A stretch of DNA of 64,000 nucleotides from Nostoc sp. (GTDB taxonomy: Bacteria; Cyanobacteriota; Cyanobacteriia; Cyanobacteriales; Nostocaceae). Where the stretch lies: positions 36,569 to 100,568 of the forward strand of contig NZ_JBALFY010000011.1 in the NCBI RefSeq assembly GCF_036916655.1. The letters are read 5' to 3'. The notes below the pieces were generated by a model that worked only from the letters and a program-made list of their open reading frames with translations, searched no databases and was not told the origin of the DNA. A program made the position numbers and the translations under genes. Positions 41,419 to 52,187 of the stretch are shown piece after piece; position 1 is the stretch's first letter; each line of letters opens with the position of its first letter.

Positions 41419-43716
41419 ATGAGAATCTTGCTAATCGAAGATGAAGAGGTTTTAGCAAGTGTCTTGTTGAAGTCGCTTACTAAACAACATTATGTTGTTG
41501 ATGTAGTACAAGACGGACAAATGGGTTGGGAATATACGCAAAGTACTAACTACGACTTGCTCCTAATAGATGTTGGACTTCCGAAACTGGACGGTATTAC
41601 ATTGTGTCAGCGATTGCGTTCTGGTGGTTGTTTCACTCCCATTTTGCTGATGACGGCGAAAGATGGTAATAGAGAACGGATTCAGGGACTTGATGCAGGT
41701 GCAGACGATTATCTGATCAAACCTTTAGATTTGGAAGAACTGCAAGCACGGATACGGGCACTAATCCGTCGGGGCGATCGCCCCCGTACCCCAATACTGG
41801 AAGTAAGCGCACTACGACTAGACCCTAGTAGTTGCGAGGTTAAATATAACAACAAACTGCTGGAATTAACAGCCAAAGAATACAGCTTACTAGAGTTATT
41901 TCTACGGAATCCATCGCGTGTTTTTAGTCGGGGGGATATCATTGAACACCTGTGGACTTTTGACGATCCACCCCAAGAGGAGACTGTAAAATCACACATT
42001 AAATATTTACGACAAAAGTTGAAAGCCGCTGGAGCAGTAGACTGGATTGAAAATGTTTATGGTTTGGGATATCGGCTGAATCCTGGAAGAGGAGAGGCAG
42101 CAGAGAGCAGGAAGCAACGGGAAAAAGAAAAACCTCAAATCCCTAGTCGTGATGTTGAACAGCAGTTTAAGCAAGCAATGGGCGGCTTGTGGCAGCAATA
42201 TCAGGGGTTGATGGTGCAGCGGTTGAACGTATTGCAAGAATTTGCAGCCGCATTATCAAGTAAAACGCTGACTAAAGAATTGCGGCAATCGGCAGAACGA
42301 GAGGCGCACAAACTAGCTGGTGTCTTGGGAATGTTTGAGCAAGACAATGGCACTCAAATAGCGCGGAAAATTGAACAAATTTTAGGTAAAGATGGTGATT
42401 TTGCCGCAGGTGAAAAGCGGCAATTGCTGTCACTGATTGAAGATTTGGGTAGCTTAATCAATCTGATGGGGCAAAATGCAGATAACCAGATTTCAGGTGC
42501 GATCGCACCTGAAATTAGTACCCGATTGATATTAGTTGACCCCAATCCGCAACTAGGCGATCAGCTGCAACAACTGGTTGAAGGCTGGCAGCAAATCTCC
42601 AACTTAGAGGAGGCAAAAAACGTTCTACAAACCACATCACCCGATTTAGTAGTCTTAAATGTCGATGATGCCGGGTGGCGTAAAGAAAGCTTGGCATTAC
42701 TTTCGGACTTAGCAACACGTACCCCACCCGTACCCGTTCTCGTGCTGGCTGCCACTGATGAGTTAGCAGAACGGGTAACTTTCGCTCAGTACGGGGCGCG
42801 GGGTTTTCTGGTTAAGCCTGTAACAGCTGCTCAGGTTTGGGATGTTTCGTCTCAACTATTACAACGCACTCGTTCTTTACGGGTAAATATACTAGCAGTA
42901 GATGACGACCCGCTAATTTTAGCAACACTGCGCCCAATGTTAGAACCTTGGGGCATACGAATGACCGGATTAGAGAATCCGCTACGTTTCTGGGAAGTAC
43001 TGCAATCTACTGCACCAGATTTGTTGATTTTGGATGTAGAAATGCCTCATGTCACTGGTATCGAACTTTGCCAAGCAGTTCGTACCGATCCCCGATGGCA
43101 GGAATTACCAATTGTGTTTCTGACTGCTCACCGAGAGATGGAAACTGTGCAGCAAGTGTTTGCTGTTGGGGCCGATGATTATGTGGTTAAACCTGTTGTT
43201 GGGGCAGAATTGTTGGCACGCATTACCCATCGTTTAGAACGCAGCCGTTTACTACAGTCCCTTTCTAGCAAAGATTCTTTAACCGGATTAGCAAATCAGT
43301 TTCAGTCTAACCGCGACTTGCAGAATCTAATTGCTCAAGCCGAGAAAAATCAGCAATCTGTTTGCTTGGCGATTTTAAGCGTGACTGATTTTCGGCAAAT
43401 TAATATTAAATATGGTCATCAGGCTGGAAACCAGGTATTGCAAAGATGGAGTCGTTTATTTCAATTGGGATTTTGCAGTGGTGAAGTGCTGGGTTATTGG
43501 GGTAATGGTGAATTTGTCATGGGAGTTTCTGGGTTAACCAAAACAGAAATCAGCGATCGCCTTAACGACATTTTAACTACCCTCCGTCAGCAAATATTTA
43601 CAGCCTTCGATGGCGATCGCTTTCAGGTAACATGTAATTTTGCTGTAGTTGAATACCCCAGTGATGGACTAACGATCCAATCACTATATCAAGTTGCCGC
43701 TGGGCGTAATTTTTAA
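41419..43716 (+). CDS. Multidomain response regulator: REC-wHTH-Hpt-REC-REC-degenerate GGDEF
   Basis: OmpR-type N-terminus, Hpt REAHKLAG, receivers DLVVLNV and DLLILDV, GGDEF position reads GNGEF. Confidence 0.88.
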   Translation: MRILLIEDEEVLASVLLKSLTKQHYVVDVVQDGQMGWEYTQSTNYDLLLIDVGLPKLDGITLCQRLRSGGCFTPILLMTAKDGNRERIQGLDAGADDYLIKPLDLEELQARIRALIRRGDRPRTPILEVSALRLDPSSCEVKYNNKLLELTAKEYSLLELFLRNPSRVFSRGDIIEHLWTFDDPPQEETVKSHIKYLRQKLKAAGAVDWIENVYGLGYRLNPGRGEAAESRKQREKEKPQIPSRDVEQQFKQAMGGLWQQYQGLMVQRLNVLQEFAAALSSKTLTKELRQSAEREAHKLAGVLGMFEQDNGTQIARKIEQILGKDGDFAAGEKRQLLSLIEDLGSLINLMGQNADNQISGAIAPEISTRLILVDPNPQLGDQLQQLVEGWQQISNLEEAKNVLQTTSPDLVVLNVDDAGWRKESLALLSDLATRTPPVPVLVLAATDELAERVTFAQYGARGFLVKPVTAAQVWDVSSQLLQRTRSLRVNILAVDDDPLILATLRPMLEPWGIRMTGLENPLRFWEVLQSTAPDLLILDVEMPHVTGIELCQAVRTDPRWQELPIVFLTAHREMETVQQVFAVGADDYVVKPVVGAELLARITHRLERSRLLQSLSSKDSLTGLANQFQSNRDLQNLIAQAEKNQQSVCLAILSVTDFRQINIKYGHQAGNQVLQRWSRLFQLGFCSGEVLGYWGNGEFVMGVSGLTKTEISDRLNDILTTLRQQIFTAFDGDRFQVTCNFAVVEYPSDGLTIQSLYQVAAGRNF

Positions 43717-43895
43717 TTGCGATCAACAAAGGCAGTCCCGATGAAACAAGTTTCACAGCCTTGAATGAAAATGACTGGGGGCTGGGGATTGGGACTAGTA
43801 TTTTTACTCATTACTCATCACTCAGCCCTCAGTTCTTCTCATGCCATCTTCTATAATTAATAGAACCTGCACACCCTAATTTTAGGCATGAGACT

Positions 43896-46778
43896 GTGAC
43901 CGAACCAGGAAGTTATAAAGATACTGTAAACTTACCCAAGACTAACTTTGATATGCGGGCAAACGCCATCAAGCGCGAGCCTGAAATCCAAAAATTTTGG
44001 GAAGAAAATAAAATTTACGATCGCCTCTTTGAAAATAACCCCGGCGAATTATTTATACTGCACGATGGGCCTCCCTACGCTAATGGCTCACTCCATATTG
44101 GTCATGCCTTAAATAAAATTCTCAAAGATATTATTAATCGCTACCAACTACTAAAAGGTCGTAAAGTTCGCTACGTTCCTGGCTGGGATTGTCACGGATT
44201 GCCAATTGAGTTAAAAGTTTTGCAGAACATGAAGTCAGCAGAACGGCAGAATTTAACACCTTTACAACTGCGGCAAAAAGCGAAAGAATTTGCTCTAGCT
44301 ACGGTAGACGACCAGCGCCAAAATTTTAAACGCTACGGTATTTGGGGCGATTGGGACAACCCTTATCTAACTCTGAAGCCGGAATACGAAGCGGCTCAAA
44401 TTGGCGTATTTGGTCAGATGTTCTTAAAAGGCTATATCTATCGCGGTTTGAAGCCGGTTCACTGGAGTCCTAGTTCTAAAACAGCTTTAGCGGAAGCTGA
44501 GTTGGAATATCCAGAAGGTCACGTTTCCCGCAGTATCTATGCAGCTTTCCCAATCACGAGTTTGGCGTCAGCTGTAAAACCACTGTTGGCGGAATATCAG
44601 TCAGATTTGGGTGTGGCTATCTGGACAACTACACCTTGGACAATTCCGGCGAATTTGGCTGTGGCGGTGAACGCGGATTTGAATTATGCAGTGGTGGAAG
44701 TTTCCCACCCAGAAGCACAGGCGCAGAGTAATTTCAAATACCTGATTGTTGCTGCTGACTTAGTAGAACGTTTATCTTCAACGTTGGGAGTTGAGTTAAC
44801 TCTAAAAGCCACGTTCAAGGGGAATGATTTAGAACATACTACTTACCGTCATCCTCTATTTGACCGCGAAAGTCCGATTGTTGTGGGCGGTGATTACATC
44901 ACAACTGAGTCGGGTACTGGGTTGGTACATACTGCACCTGGTCATGGTCAAGAAGACTACATTGTTGGTCAGCGCTACGGTTTGCCCATCCTTGCACCAG
45001 TCGATGACAATGGCAATTTTACCGAAGAAGCGGGACAATTTGCGGGGTTAAATGTGCTGGGTGATGGAAATCAGGCGGTAATTGATGCATTAACGGTTGC
45101 TGGTTCCTTGTTGAAAGAAGAAGCATATCCCCACAAGTACCCTTATGATTGGCGGACGAAAAAACCAACGATTTTCCGCGCGACTGAACAATGGTTTGCT
45201 TCGGTGGAAGGATTTAGAGAAGAAGCACTAAAGGCGATCGCCACGGTAAAATGGATTCCAGCCCAAGGTGAAAATCGCATCACGCCAATGGTAGCGGAAC
45301 GTTCCGATTGGTGTATATCTCGTCAGCGTGCTTGGGGTGTACCCATTCCCGTTTTCTACGATGAAGCCACGGGAGAACCACTGCTGAATGAGGAAATTAT
45401 CAATCACGTTCAAGGAATCATCGCCGAAAAAGGTTCTGATGCTTGGTGGGAACTTTCGGTTGAGGAATTATTACCAGAATCCTATCGCCAAAATGGCAAG
45501 TCGTACCGCAGAGGTACAGACACAATGGATGTATGGTTTGATTCTGGCTCATCTTGGGCTGCTGTCGCTCAACAGCGTTCAGAGTTACACTACCCTGCTG
45601 AGATATATTTGGAAGGTTCCGACCAACATCGCGGCTGGTTCCAGTCAAGTTTGCTCACCAGTGTAGCGGTAAATGACATTGCACCTTACAAAACTGTGCT
45701 AACTCACGGCTTCGCTTTGGACGAACAAGGGCGAAAGATGAGTAAGTCAGAAGGTAATGTGGTTGACCCCAATACAATTATTGAAGGCGGGAAAAATCAA
45801 AAAGTAGAACCAGCCTACGGTGCAGATGTCTTGCGATTATGGGTATCATCGGTAGACTACTCCGGCGATGTCCGCATTGGGAAAAACATCATCAAACAGA
45901 TGAATGATGTTAGAGGCAAAATTCGCAATACAGCACGGTTTTTGTTGGGTAGCTTGGATGATTTTGACCCCGAAAAAGATGCAGTCCCCTTTGAAGAATT
46001 GCCAGAACTTGACCGTTATATGTTGCACCGCATCACCGAAGTGTTTGAGGAAGTAACAGAAGCTTTTGAGAGTTTCCAATTCTTCCGCTTCTTCCAAACA
46101 GTGCAGAATTTCTGCGTCGTAGATTTATCCAACTTCTATTTAGATGTTGCCAAAGATAGACTCTACATTAGTGCAAAAGATGCTTTCCGCCGTCGCAGTT
46201 GTCAAACGGTGCTGAAGATAGCAATAGATAATTTAGCTAGAGCGATCGCACCAGTATTATCCCACACCGCCGAAGATATCTGGCAATATCTCCCTTACAA
46301 AACACCTTACAAATCAGTGTTTGAAGCCGGTTGGATTCAGGTAGAGGAAAAATGGCGTAATCCTGAGTTAGCAGAATTTTGGCAAGCGCTGCGACAACTC
46401 CGCACCGATGTTAATAAGGTCTTAGAACAAGCCAGGATAGAAAAACTCATTGGTTCTTCCCTGGAAGCCAAAGCTTTGATTCATATATCTCACAAACAGT
46501 TAGGCGATGCTATCAAAGCCTTTAATCCTGTTAAAGGTAACGGGATTGACGAACTGCGGTATTTATTGCTGACTTCTCAGGTGGAATTATTAGATTCGGC
46601 TCAAGGGTTGCAAGGATTAGAATACACCGCGCAGACAGAAGACTGGACAATTGCTGTAGTAAAGGCAGATGGGCAAAAATGCGATCGCTGTTGGAACTAC
46701 TCTACTCGTATGGGAGAATCAGCAGAACATCCCTTAATTTGCGAACGATGCGTTGCCGCCTTAGCCGGAGAATTCTAG
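43896..46778 (+). CDS. ileS: Isoleucine--tRNA ligase
   Basis: HIGH and KMSKS motifs, C-terminal Zn finger KCDRCW. Confidence 0.98.
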   Translation: MTEPGSYKDTVNLPKTNFDMRANAIKREPEIQKFWEENKIYDRLFENNPGELFILHDGPPYANGSLHIGHALNKILKDIINRYQLLKGRKVRYVPGWDCHGLPIELKVLQNMKSAERQNLTPLQLRQKAKEFALATVDDQRQNFKRYGIWGDWDNPYLTLKPEYEAAQIGVFGQMFLKGYIYRGLKPVHWSPSSKTALAEAELEYPEGHVSRSIYAAFPITSLASAVKPLLAEYQSDLGVAIWTTTPWTIPANLAVAVNADLNYAVVEVSHPEAQAQSNFKYLIVAADLVERLSSTLGVELTLKATFKGNDLEHTTYRHPLFDRESPIVVGGDYITTESGTGLVHTAPGHGQEDYIVGQRYGLPILAPVDDNGNFTEEAGQFAGLNVLGDGNQAVIDALTVAGSLLKEEAYPHKYPYDWRTKKPTIFRATEQWFASVEGFREEALKAIATVKWIPAQGENRITPMVAERSDWCISRQRAWGVPIPVFYDEATGEPLLNEEIINHVQGIIAEKGSDAWWELSVEELLPESYRQNGKSYRRGTDTMDVWFDSGSSWAAVAQQRSELHYPAEIYLEGSDQHRGWFQSSLLTSVAVNDIAPYKTVLTHGFALDEQGRKMSKSEGNVVDPNTIIEGGKNQKVEPAYGADVLRLWVSSVDYSGDVRIGKNIIKQMNDVRGKIRNTARFLLGSLDDFDPEKDAVPFEELPELDRYMLHRITEVFEEVTEAFESFQFFRFFQTVQNFCVVDLSNFYLDVAKDRLYISAKDAFRRRSCQTVLKIAIDNLARAIAPVLSHTAEDIWQYLPYKTPYKSVFEAGWIQVEEKWRNPELAEFWQALRQLRTDVNKVLEQARIEKLIGSSLEAKALIHISHKQLGDAIKAFNPVKGNGIDELRYLLLTSQVELLDSAQGLQGLEYTAQTEDWTIAVVKADGQKCDRCWNYSTRMGESAEHPLICERCVAALAGEF

Positions 46779-46863
46779 TAAATATACGTTAATTCGCCGA
46801 ACTTCTCCCTATTTTTAACTAAATCTCCAGTCTTTCCCTCTCCAAATCGGAGAGGGATTGTTT

Positions 46864-47095
46864 TACGTAGTAAAACGAGGGAGAGGTCTTTTGAGTCAGC
46901 GCTGAAAATAGATATTTTACGTAATACACATTATAGTCATTTTGTAAAGTGCGTAAGTCCTAAGGGCAATATATTTTAGAACAAAAAAATCTAGTATTTT
47001 TACTGAAGATGGCTACGTATTTTAACTGTATCTTCTTTAAAGAAAGGGAAGCCGCTAGATTGTTAAGAAAATACAAAAGTATGGATTAATACGTA
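46864..47095. promoter_or_regulatory. Four TACGTA palindromes upstream of the decarboxylase (candidate operator sites)
   Basis: TACGTA at 46864, 46918, 47014 and 47090; no known factor assigned. Confidence 0.4.
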
Positions 47096-47145
47096 GATTT
47101 TTGACTAGAACATCCATTAACTCAAAATTCAAGAGAGAAAAAGAT

Positions 47146-48297
47146 ATGTCAGATACAGTTGCTAAAGAATTGGCAGATTTTTTGCTGCAAATAGAACAGC
47201 GATCGCAGTTTCACGCAGGTTATCCATATAATTTAAGTTGTGACTACAGTGCGATCGGCAAATTTTTCAATTTTCTGTTGAATAATGCTGGAGATCCTTA
47301 CGTAGAGCCAGATTTTGGACTGCATTCTCGGAAGTTTGAGCAAGAAGTATTATCTTTTTTTGCTAACCTCTATAAAATTCCAGAAAATAAGTTTTGGGGT
47401 TATGTTACTGCTGGCGGAACTGAAGGTAATTTATATGGAATATTCTTAGCAAGAGAAATCTACCCTAATGGGATTCTTTACTCATCACAAGATTCTCATT
47501 ACTCAATACCCAAAGCAGCCAAATTATTCCGCATCCAACACAATGTTGTTAATTCGCAAATTAACGGAGAGATGAATTATGAGCATTTTGAACAACTCAT
47601 TAGCGAAAACCGCAATTGTCCAGCGATTGTAAATTTAAATATTGGGACTACTGTCAAAGGTGCGATTGATAACTTAGACAAAGTTCTAGAAATTTTAGAG
47701 CGCAATCAGATAAAAGATTACTATATTCATTGCGATGCTGCACTTTCAGGATTAATATTACCTTTTCTAGATGGCGCTCCCCAAGTTAACTTTCAAAAAC
47801 CCATAGATAGTGTAGCTATTTCTGCTAAATTCATTGGTTCTCCCTTGCCTTGCGGTGTTGTTTTAACTAAGAAAAAATGGGTAGAAAAAGTTGAAACAGC
47901 AATTGAATATATCGGTTCAACAGATACAACAATTCTAGGTTCTAGAAACGGTCACACACCTCTGATTCTCTGGTATGCAATAAAAACAAGAGGTTATCAC
48001 GGATTAGCTAGAGAAGCAAAGACCTGTATTGATAACGCCCAATATCTTTTCCAACAACTTAAAATTAGAGAATATCCATGTATGCTCAATGATTTTTCCA
48101 ATACCGTAGTGTTTCAAAAACCTTCTCAAAGGTTAATTAAAAAGTGGCAGTTAGCAACTTGTGAAAACTGGGTACACCTGATAGTCATGCAAAATATAAA
48201 TCGGGATAAAATCGATATTTTTGTGAACGAACTTCTGTTAGAAGAAGGGTTAGTTAATAATGTCGATAATTTCCAGCTACAACCAGCACTACACTAA
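47146..48297 (+). CDS. Group II PLP-dependent amino-acid decarboxylase (histidine/serine decarboxylase family)
   Basis: GGTEGNLYG, SHYSIPKAA, GTTVKGAID, IHCDAALSG, KFIGSPLPCG, GSRNGH. Confidence 0.85.
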   Translation: MSDTVAKELADFLLQIEQRSQFHAGYPYNLSCDYSAIGKFFNFLLNNAGDPYVEPDFGLHSRKFEQEVLSFFANLYKIPENKFWGYVTAGGTEGNLYGIFLAREIYPNGILYSSQDSHYSIPKAAKLFRIQHNVVNSQINGEMNYEHFEQLISENRNCPAIVNLNIGTTVKGAIDNLDKVLEILERNQIKDYYIHCDAALSGLILPFLDGAPQVNFQKPIDSVAISAKFIGSPLPCGVVLTKKKWVEKVETAIEYIGSTDTTILGSRNGHTPLILWYAIKTRGYHGLAREAKTCIDNAQYLFQQLKIREYPCMLNDFSNTVVFQKPSQRLIKKWQLATCENWVHLIVMQNINRDKIDIFVNELLLEEGLVNNVDNFQLQPALH

Positions 48298-48364
48298 TTA
48301 ATCTAGATGTAGTTAAGCGACTTTATGGTTAGAGTATTCTGAATTCTGAATTCTGACTCCTGGT

Positions 48365-51300
48365 TTATCTCTTTAAAAAGTTTTTTCCGTACAAGTTAGC
48401 AGCAAGTAGTAGTTCCACTTCTGCACGTTCCATAGGTGGTAAGAAAAAATACCCTTGTCCATAATCACATTGCAAAGCCTTCAATTGTGCTAATTGCTCT
48501 ACAGTTTCTATCCCTTCTGCCGTTACAGACATATTCAAATTATGAGCCAATGTTACGATCGCTCGAATAATTTCTAAATTTTCTCCTCGACTACCTATAC
48601 TGGTGACAAAAGAGCGATCGATCTTAAGAGTTTTGATTGGTAGACGGTGCAAATAACTTAAGGATGAATAACCAGTACCAAAATCATCCATGTGCATCTC
48701 GACATTCAGCGCTGTTAACTGAGAAAGTACAGTGATAGCCAATTCAAAATTATCCATCAGCAAGGTTTCAGTAATCTCCAATTTCAAGCAGCACGGCTCC
48801 AATCCAGTTTGCTGTAATATATGTTTCACCTCTTTAAACACATCAGGTTGCGTAATTTGTTTACCAGAAAAATTCACACTAATTGTCAGAGGTGTTGAGG
48901 TAGGAAATTGTTTGTGCCATGTATGCATTTGGTGACAGGCTTCATACAGCACCCATTGTCCGATACTAACAATCATTCCAGTTTCCTCAGCCAGAGGAAT
49001 AAAATCTTGAGGAGAAATCAGTCCTCGTTCTGGATGATACCAACGTATCAGGGCCTCAAATCCAATAATTTTGCCAGTTGTCAGTGAAACAATTGGCTGG
49101 TAATCAAGGCGAAATTCTTCTTGCTTGAGTAGCGCATGACGTAAAGCAGTTTCTAACTCCAAAAGCAAAGCTGCACCCTCGTGCATCTTGGGATCAAAAA
49201 CCTCATAACGTGCCTTCCCAAGTGATTTAGCGCAATACATTGCCACATCAGCATCGCGTAGAATCTGCGCTGCTTGCTCATAATCTGCTTTACTTAAAGC
49301 AATGCCAATACTAACGTTAGTAAACACCCGATGCTCATTTAATTGAAATGGCAAAGCTAACACTTTTTTAATTCGCTCGGCTACCTGTATGGCGGTACTG
49401 ATATCCTCAATTTCTTCAATTAAGATTGTGAACTCATCTCCACCAAAACGAGCAACTATATCTCCACCTCGCAAAACTGACTTTAGCCGATGAGAAATTG
49501 CAATCAAAAGTTGATTTCCTAGTAGATGTCCAAGGCTGTCATTAACAACTTTAAAGCGGTCTAAGTCTAAGAAAAGTACAGCAAATAAATAATTATTTTC
49601 CTGTTTACTATGTTCTATTGCCTGCTGCACCCGCTCCATAAACAATCGTTGATTAGGTAATCCAGTTAGCCCATCATGAAGACTATTATGCAGTAATTGT
49701 TCTTGTGCTTCTTGACGCTTGATAATGTCTTGTTGCAGTTGTTGATTAACTCTAATAAGTTCAATAGTACGTTCTAGCACCAACTGCTCAAGCTGATAAC
49801 GATACTGGACTAATTCTTCCTCTGCTAGCTTCCGCTTAGTGATGTCACGGACAATCACAACATACTCCCGTAGCTGCGAATTAAATGGCTGTGAAATAGT
49901 CGATTCAACAATTCGTAAACCTTGGTTGATTTTTAAAGTTTGCTCACTTCTAATAGACCATTCCTCCGGTTTGCCGCGATAGCAGATTAGAATTTGATTC
50001 AAATTTTGCCCAAGTAACTGCTGAATACTTGTTTGAAATAATTCTTCAGCAGCGGCGTTTGTTTGAGAGATTGTACCGTCTTCATCTAAGACTAAAACTG
50101 TGTCGGGAACAGTATCGAGAGTAGTAATAAATAGGTTTCTGGCTTGTTTGCGTGCTTCGTCAATAGCAATAATTTGTGGTAAAGTTGTCCAGCAAGCGAT
50201 CGCTACTCCTGCAAAAGAAAGCGTTACTAATAAAATAGCTAGTAAAGAGTTTTGAGGATTGTCAGAAAATCTATCTAAAAAATCACGAATAATCCAACTG
50301 ATTGTAGCAGTAGTACAAATTAATGACACTAAAACAATCACTTGTAATACTACAAAATCGGGGTTATTTCTAGTAGACCTAGTATCGTAACGCTGTGTCC
50401 ACCAGTCCGGGTGTAATGGTGCAAATCTAAGGCGACGTAGTGCTAAATCTCCGCTCATCAAAATAATCGGTAATAATAAGCCCACTAAGAAATCTCTCCA
50501 ACTCCAAGCTAAACCTCCCACTATTAGCACTACCGCTTCTACCAAGAAAAAACCCAGTGACCACCAAGGCCATAACACGTGGGGTTTACCGCGACACAGC
50601 CATAATCCCAGATGTAATCCCATAATTGACATGAGATAACATGTACCTGCCACTGTGACAAGTTGAGATACATTTCCCAAATTTAGACAAAGCAAACTGA
50701 GTATAAAGGTAACTAAAATTGCAGGCCCAAGGACACCTTGACGAGAAACCAATGCAAATATGGGAGAAAGCTGTCGATCGCAGGCAAGTTGGTATAATAT
50801 CCGAGGAGAGTTGGAAACCGCCGTAGCAGAACTTAAAAGGCAAGATATAGTAATCAGAAGTGTTACTAAAAAAGGGGCAGATTCACCCCAAAAAGGCTTA
50901 GAAGCTGCCACCAGATTTAAGAACGTATCGTTACCTATTATAGGATTTTGAGCCGAACACATTAATACCCAAGAACCACCTAAAAACACTGGAGGAATTA
51001 ACCAAGCAGCAACAGTTAAGAACTTTAAAGTTTTATATGGGTGGCGACTATCAGCAACAAAAGAAGAAGTAGTTTCACAAGCATAAATTGAATAGCTAGC
51101 TAAAAAAAACCACTTTGCCCATTCTTCAAAACTCAAACTATGTGTGCTAGTTGAGATCAATTTAAAACTAGCAGATGAGAAGACTAACCAGAATACGCCT
51201 TGAATACAAAACAATAACATTAATAAAATCGCTGGGAACACAAAAAACAGATGCAGGAGCGCTAAAGCACGAGTACCACTGAAGGCTAAAATAAAAGGAA

Positions 51301-51748
51301 TCGCTGTAAATAAAACTCTTAATAAAGTTTCTGGACAAGAAATACCTAATGTTTCAAAATTGACTTTAATTAGGTCGGTGAGAATAATCGCATACAATGC
51401 TGGTGCTGCTGCCCAGCTAAAAAAGTATCCTAAAGCTGCGTAACGGCCTAATACAGGAAAGTTCTTTAATAGCCTTGTGGTATAGTTTGGTGTTCCTCCA
51501 GCGATATCTGGCCAATGTCTACCTAAACTTTGTACCTGCAAGTTAAGTAAAAAAGAAATAATCGTGCCAAAAAACCAAACTAAGATAGCTTTTGGCCCTA
51601 ACGCTGCATGAATGATAGGGGCAGTACCAATCCATCCAACATGACCTGTTAACCCAAAGCCCCAGGTTTCGAGATAACTCAGAGTCCGTGGTAGGCGTAT
51701 TAGCAAATGCTGATTGTTCTCTACCCGCGCAGAATCGTTACTAACCAT
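48365..51748 (-). CDS. APC-superfamily amino-acid permease fused to PAS-GGDEF-EAL
   Basis: About 14 hydrophobic segments with APC-like AGGTPNY and SPRILY, then PAS, intact RFGGDEF, FEALIRW and DDFGTGYSSL. Confidence 0.88.
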   Translation of the reverse strand: MVSNDSARVENNQHLLIRLPRTLSYLETWGFGLTGHVGWIGTAPIIHAALGPKAILVWFFGTIISFLLNLQVQSLGRHWPDIAGGTPNYTTRLLKNFPVLGRYAALGYFFSWAAAPALYAIILTDLIKVNFETLGISCPETLLRVLFTAIPFILAFSGTRALALLHLFFVFPAILLMLLFCIQGVFWLVFSSASFKLISTSTHSLSFEEWAKWFFLASYSIYACETTSSFVADSRHPYKTLKFLTVAAWLIPPVFLGGSWVLMCSAQNPIIGNDTFLNLVAASKPFWGESAPFLVTLLITISCLLSSATAVSNSPRILYQLACDRQLSPIFALVSRQGVLGPAILVTFILSLLCLNLGNVSQLVTVAGTCYLMSIMGLHLGLWLCRGKPHVLWPWWSLGFFLVEAVVLIVGGLAWSWRDFLVGLLLPIILMSGDLALRRLRFAPLHPDWWTQRYDTRSTRNNPDFVVLQVIVLVSLICTTATISWIIRDFLDRFSDNPQNSLLAILLVTLSFAGVAIACWTTLPQIIAIDEARKQARNLFITTLDTVPDTVLVLDEDGTISQTNAAAEELFQTSIQQLLGQNLNQILICYRGKPEEWSIRSEQTLKINQGLRIVESTISQPFNSQLREYVVIVRDITKRKLAEEELVQYRYQLEQLVLERTIELIRVNQQLQQDIIKRQEAQEQLLHNSLHDGLTGLPNQRLFMERVQQAIEHSKQENNYLFAVLFLDLDRFKVVNDSLGHLLGNQLLIAISHRLKSVLRGGDIVARFGGDEFTILIEEIEDISTAIQVAERIKKVLALPFQLNEHRVFTNVSIGIALSKADYEQAAQILRDADVAMYCAKSLGKARYEVFDPKMHEGAALLLELETALRHALLKQEEFRLDYQPIVSLTTGKIIGFEALIRWYHPERGLISPQDFIPLAEETGMIVSIGQWVLYEACHQMHTWHKQFPTSTPLTISVNFSGKQITQPDVFKEVKHILQQTGLEPCCLKLEITETLLMDNFELAITVLSQLTALNVEMHMDDFGTGYSSLSYLHRLPIKTLKIDRSFVTSIGSRGENLEIIRAIVTLAHNLNMSVTAEGIETVEQLAQLKALQCDYGQGYFFLPPMERAEVELLLAANLYGKNFLKR

Positions 51749-52187
51749 TAGTTTCTCAGTGAGTTTCTTAGTGAGATTTACTTACCTTTTCACTCAATAG
51801 CTGAATCTCACCAATTATAGCTTCCGTATAACTGCTGAACTTTAGAAAAAGATAAATTATTTGTCACTGAATTGTGGATTTTAGACTTTAGAATGACCCC
51901 ATACCTACAAGAATTTTTTTTTAATAGAGAATTTTAAAATGGGGATTTAAGATTTGTTTTACGTAGCTTTTTTTTTTGCCGAGTAAGTATAAATTCTCTT
52001 TCTTTAAAGCTTTATAAAAATCGAAAGATTCAGATTTCCGACCTAATTTAATAGATATATGCTGAAATTAATTATTATTTGTCGAAAACTCTTGTGTAAA
52101 CGCTAATTTTCACGTCTCTACATTCATTTTTACTCATATTGCTAATTTCTTGAAGAATTCAGAAGTCAGAATGGGCTACGCCCCGCT

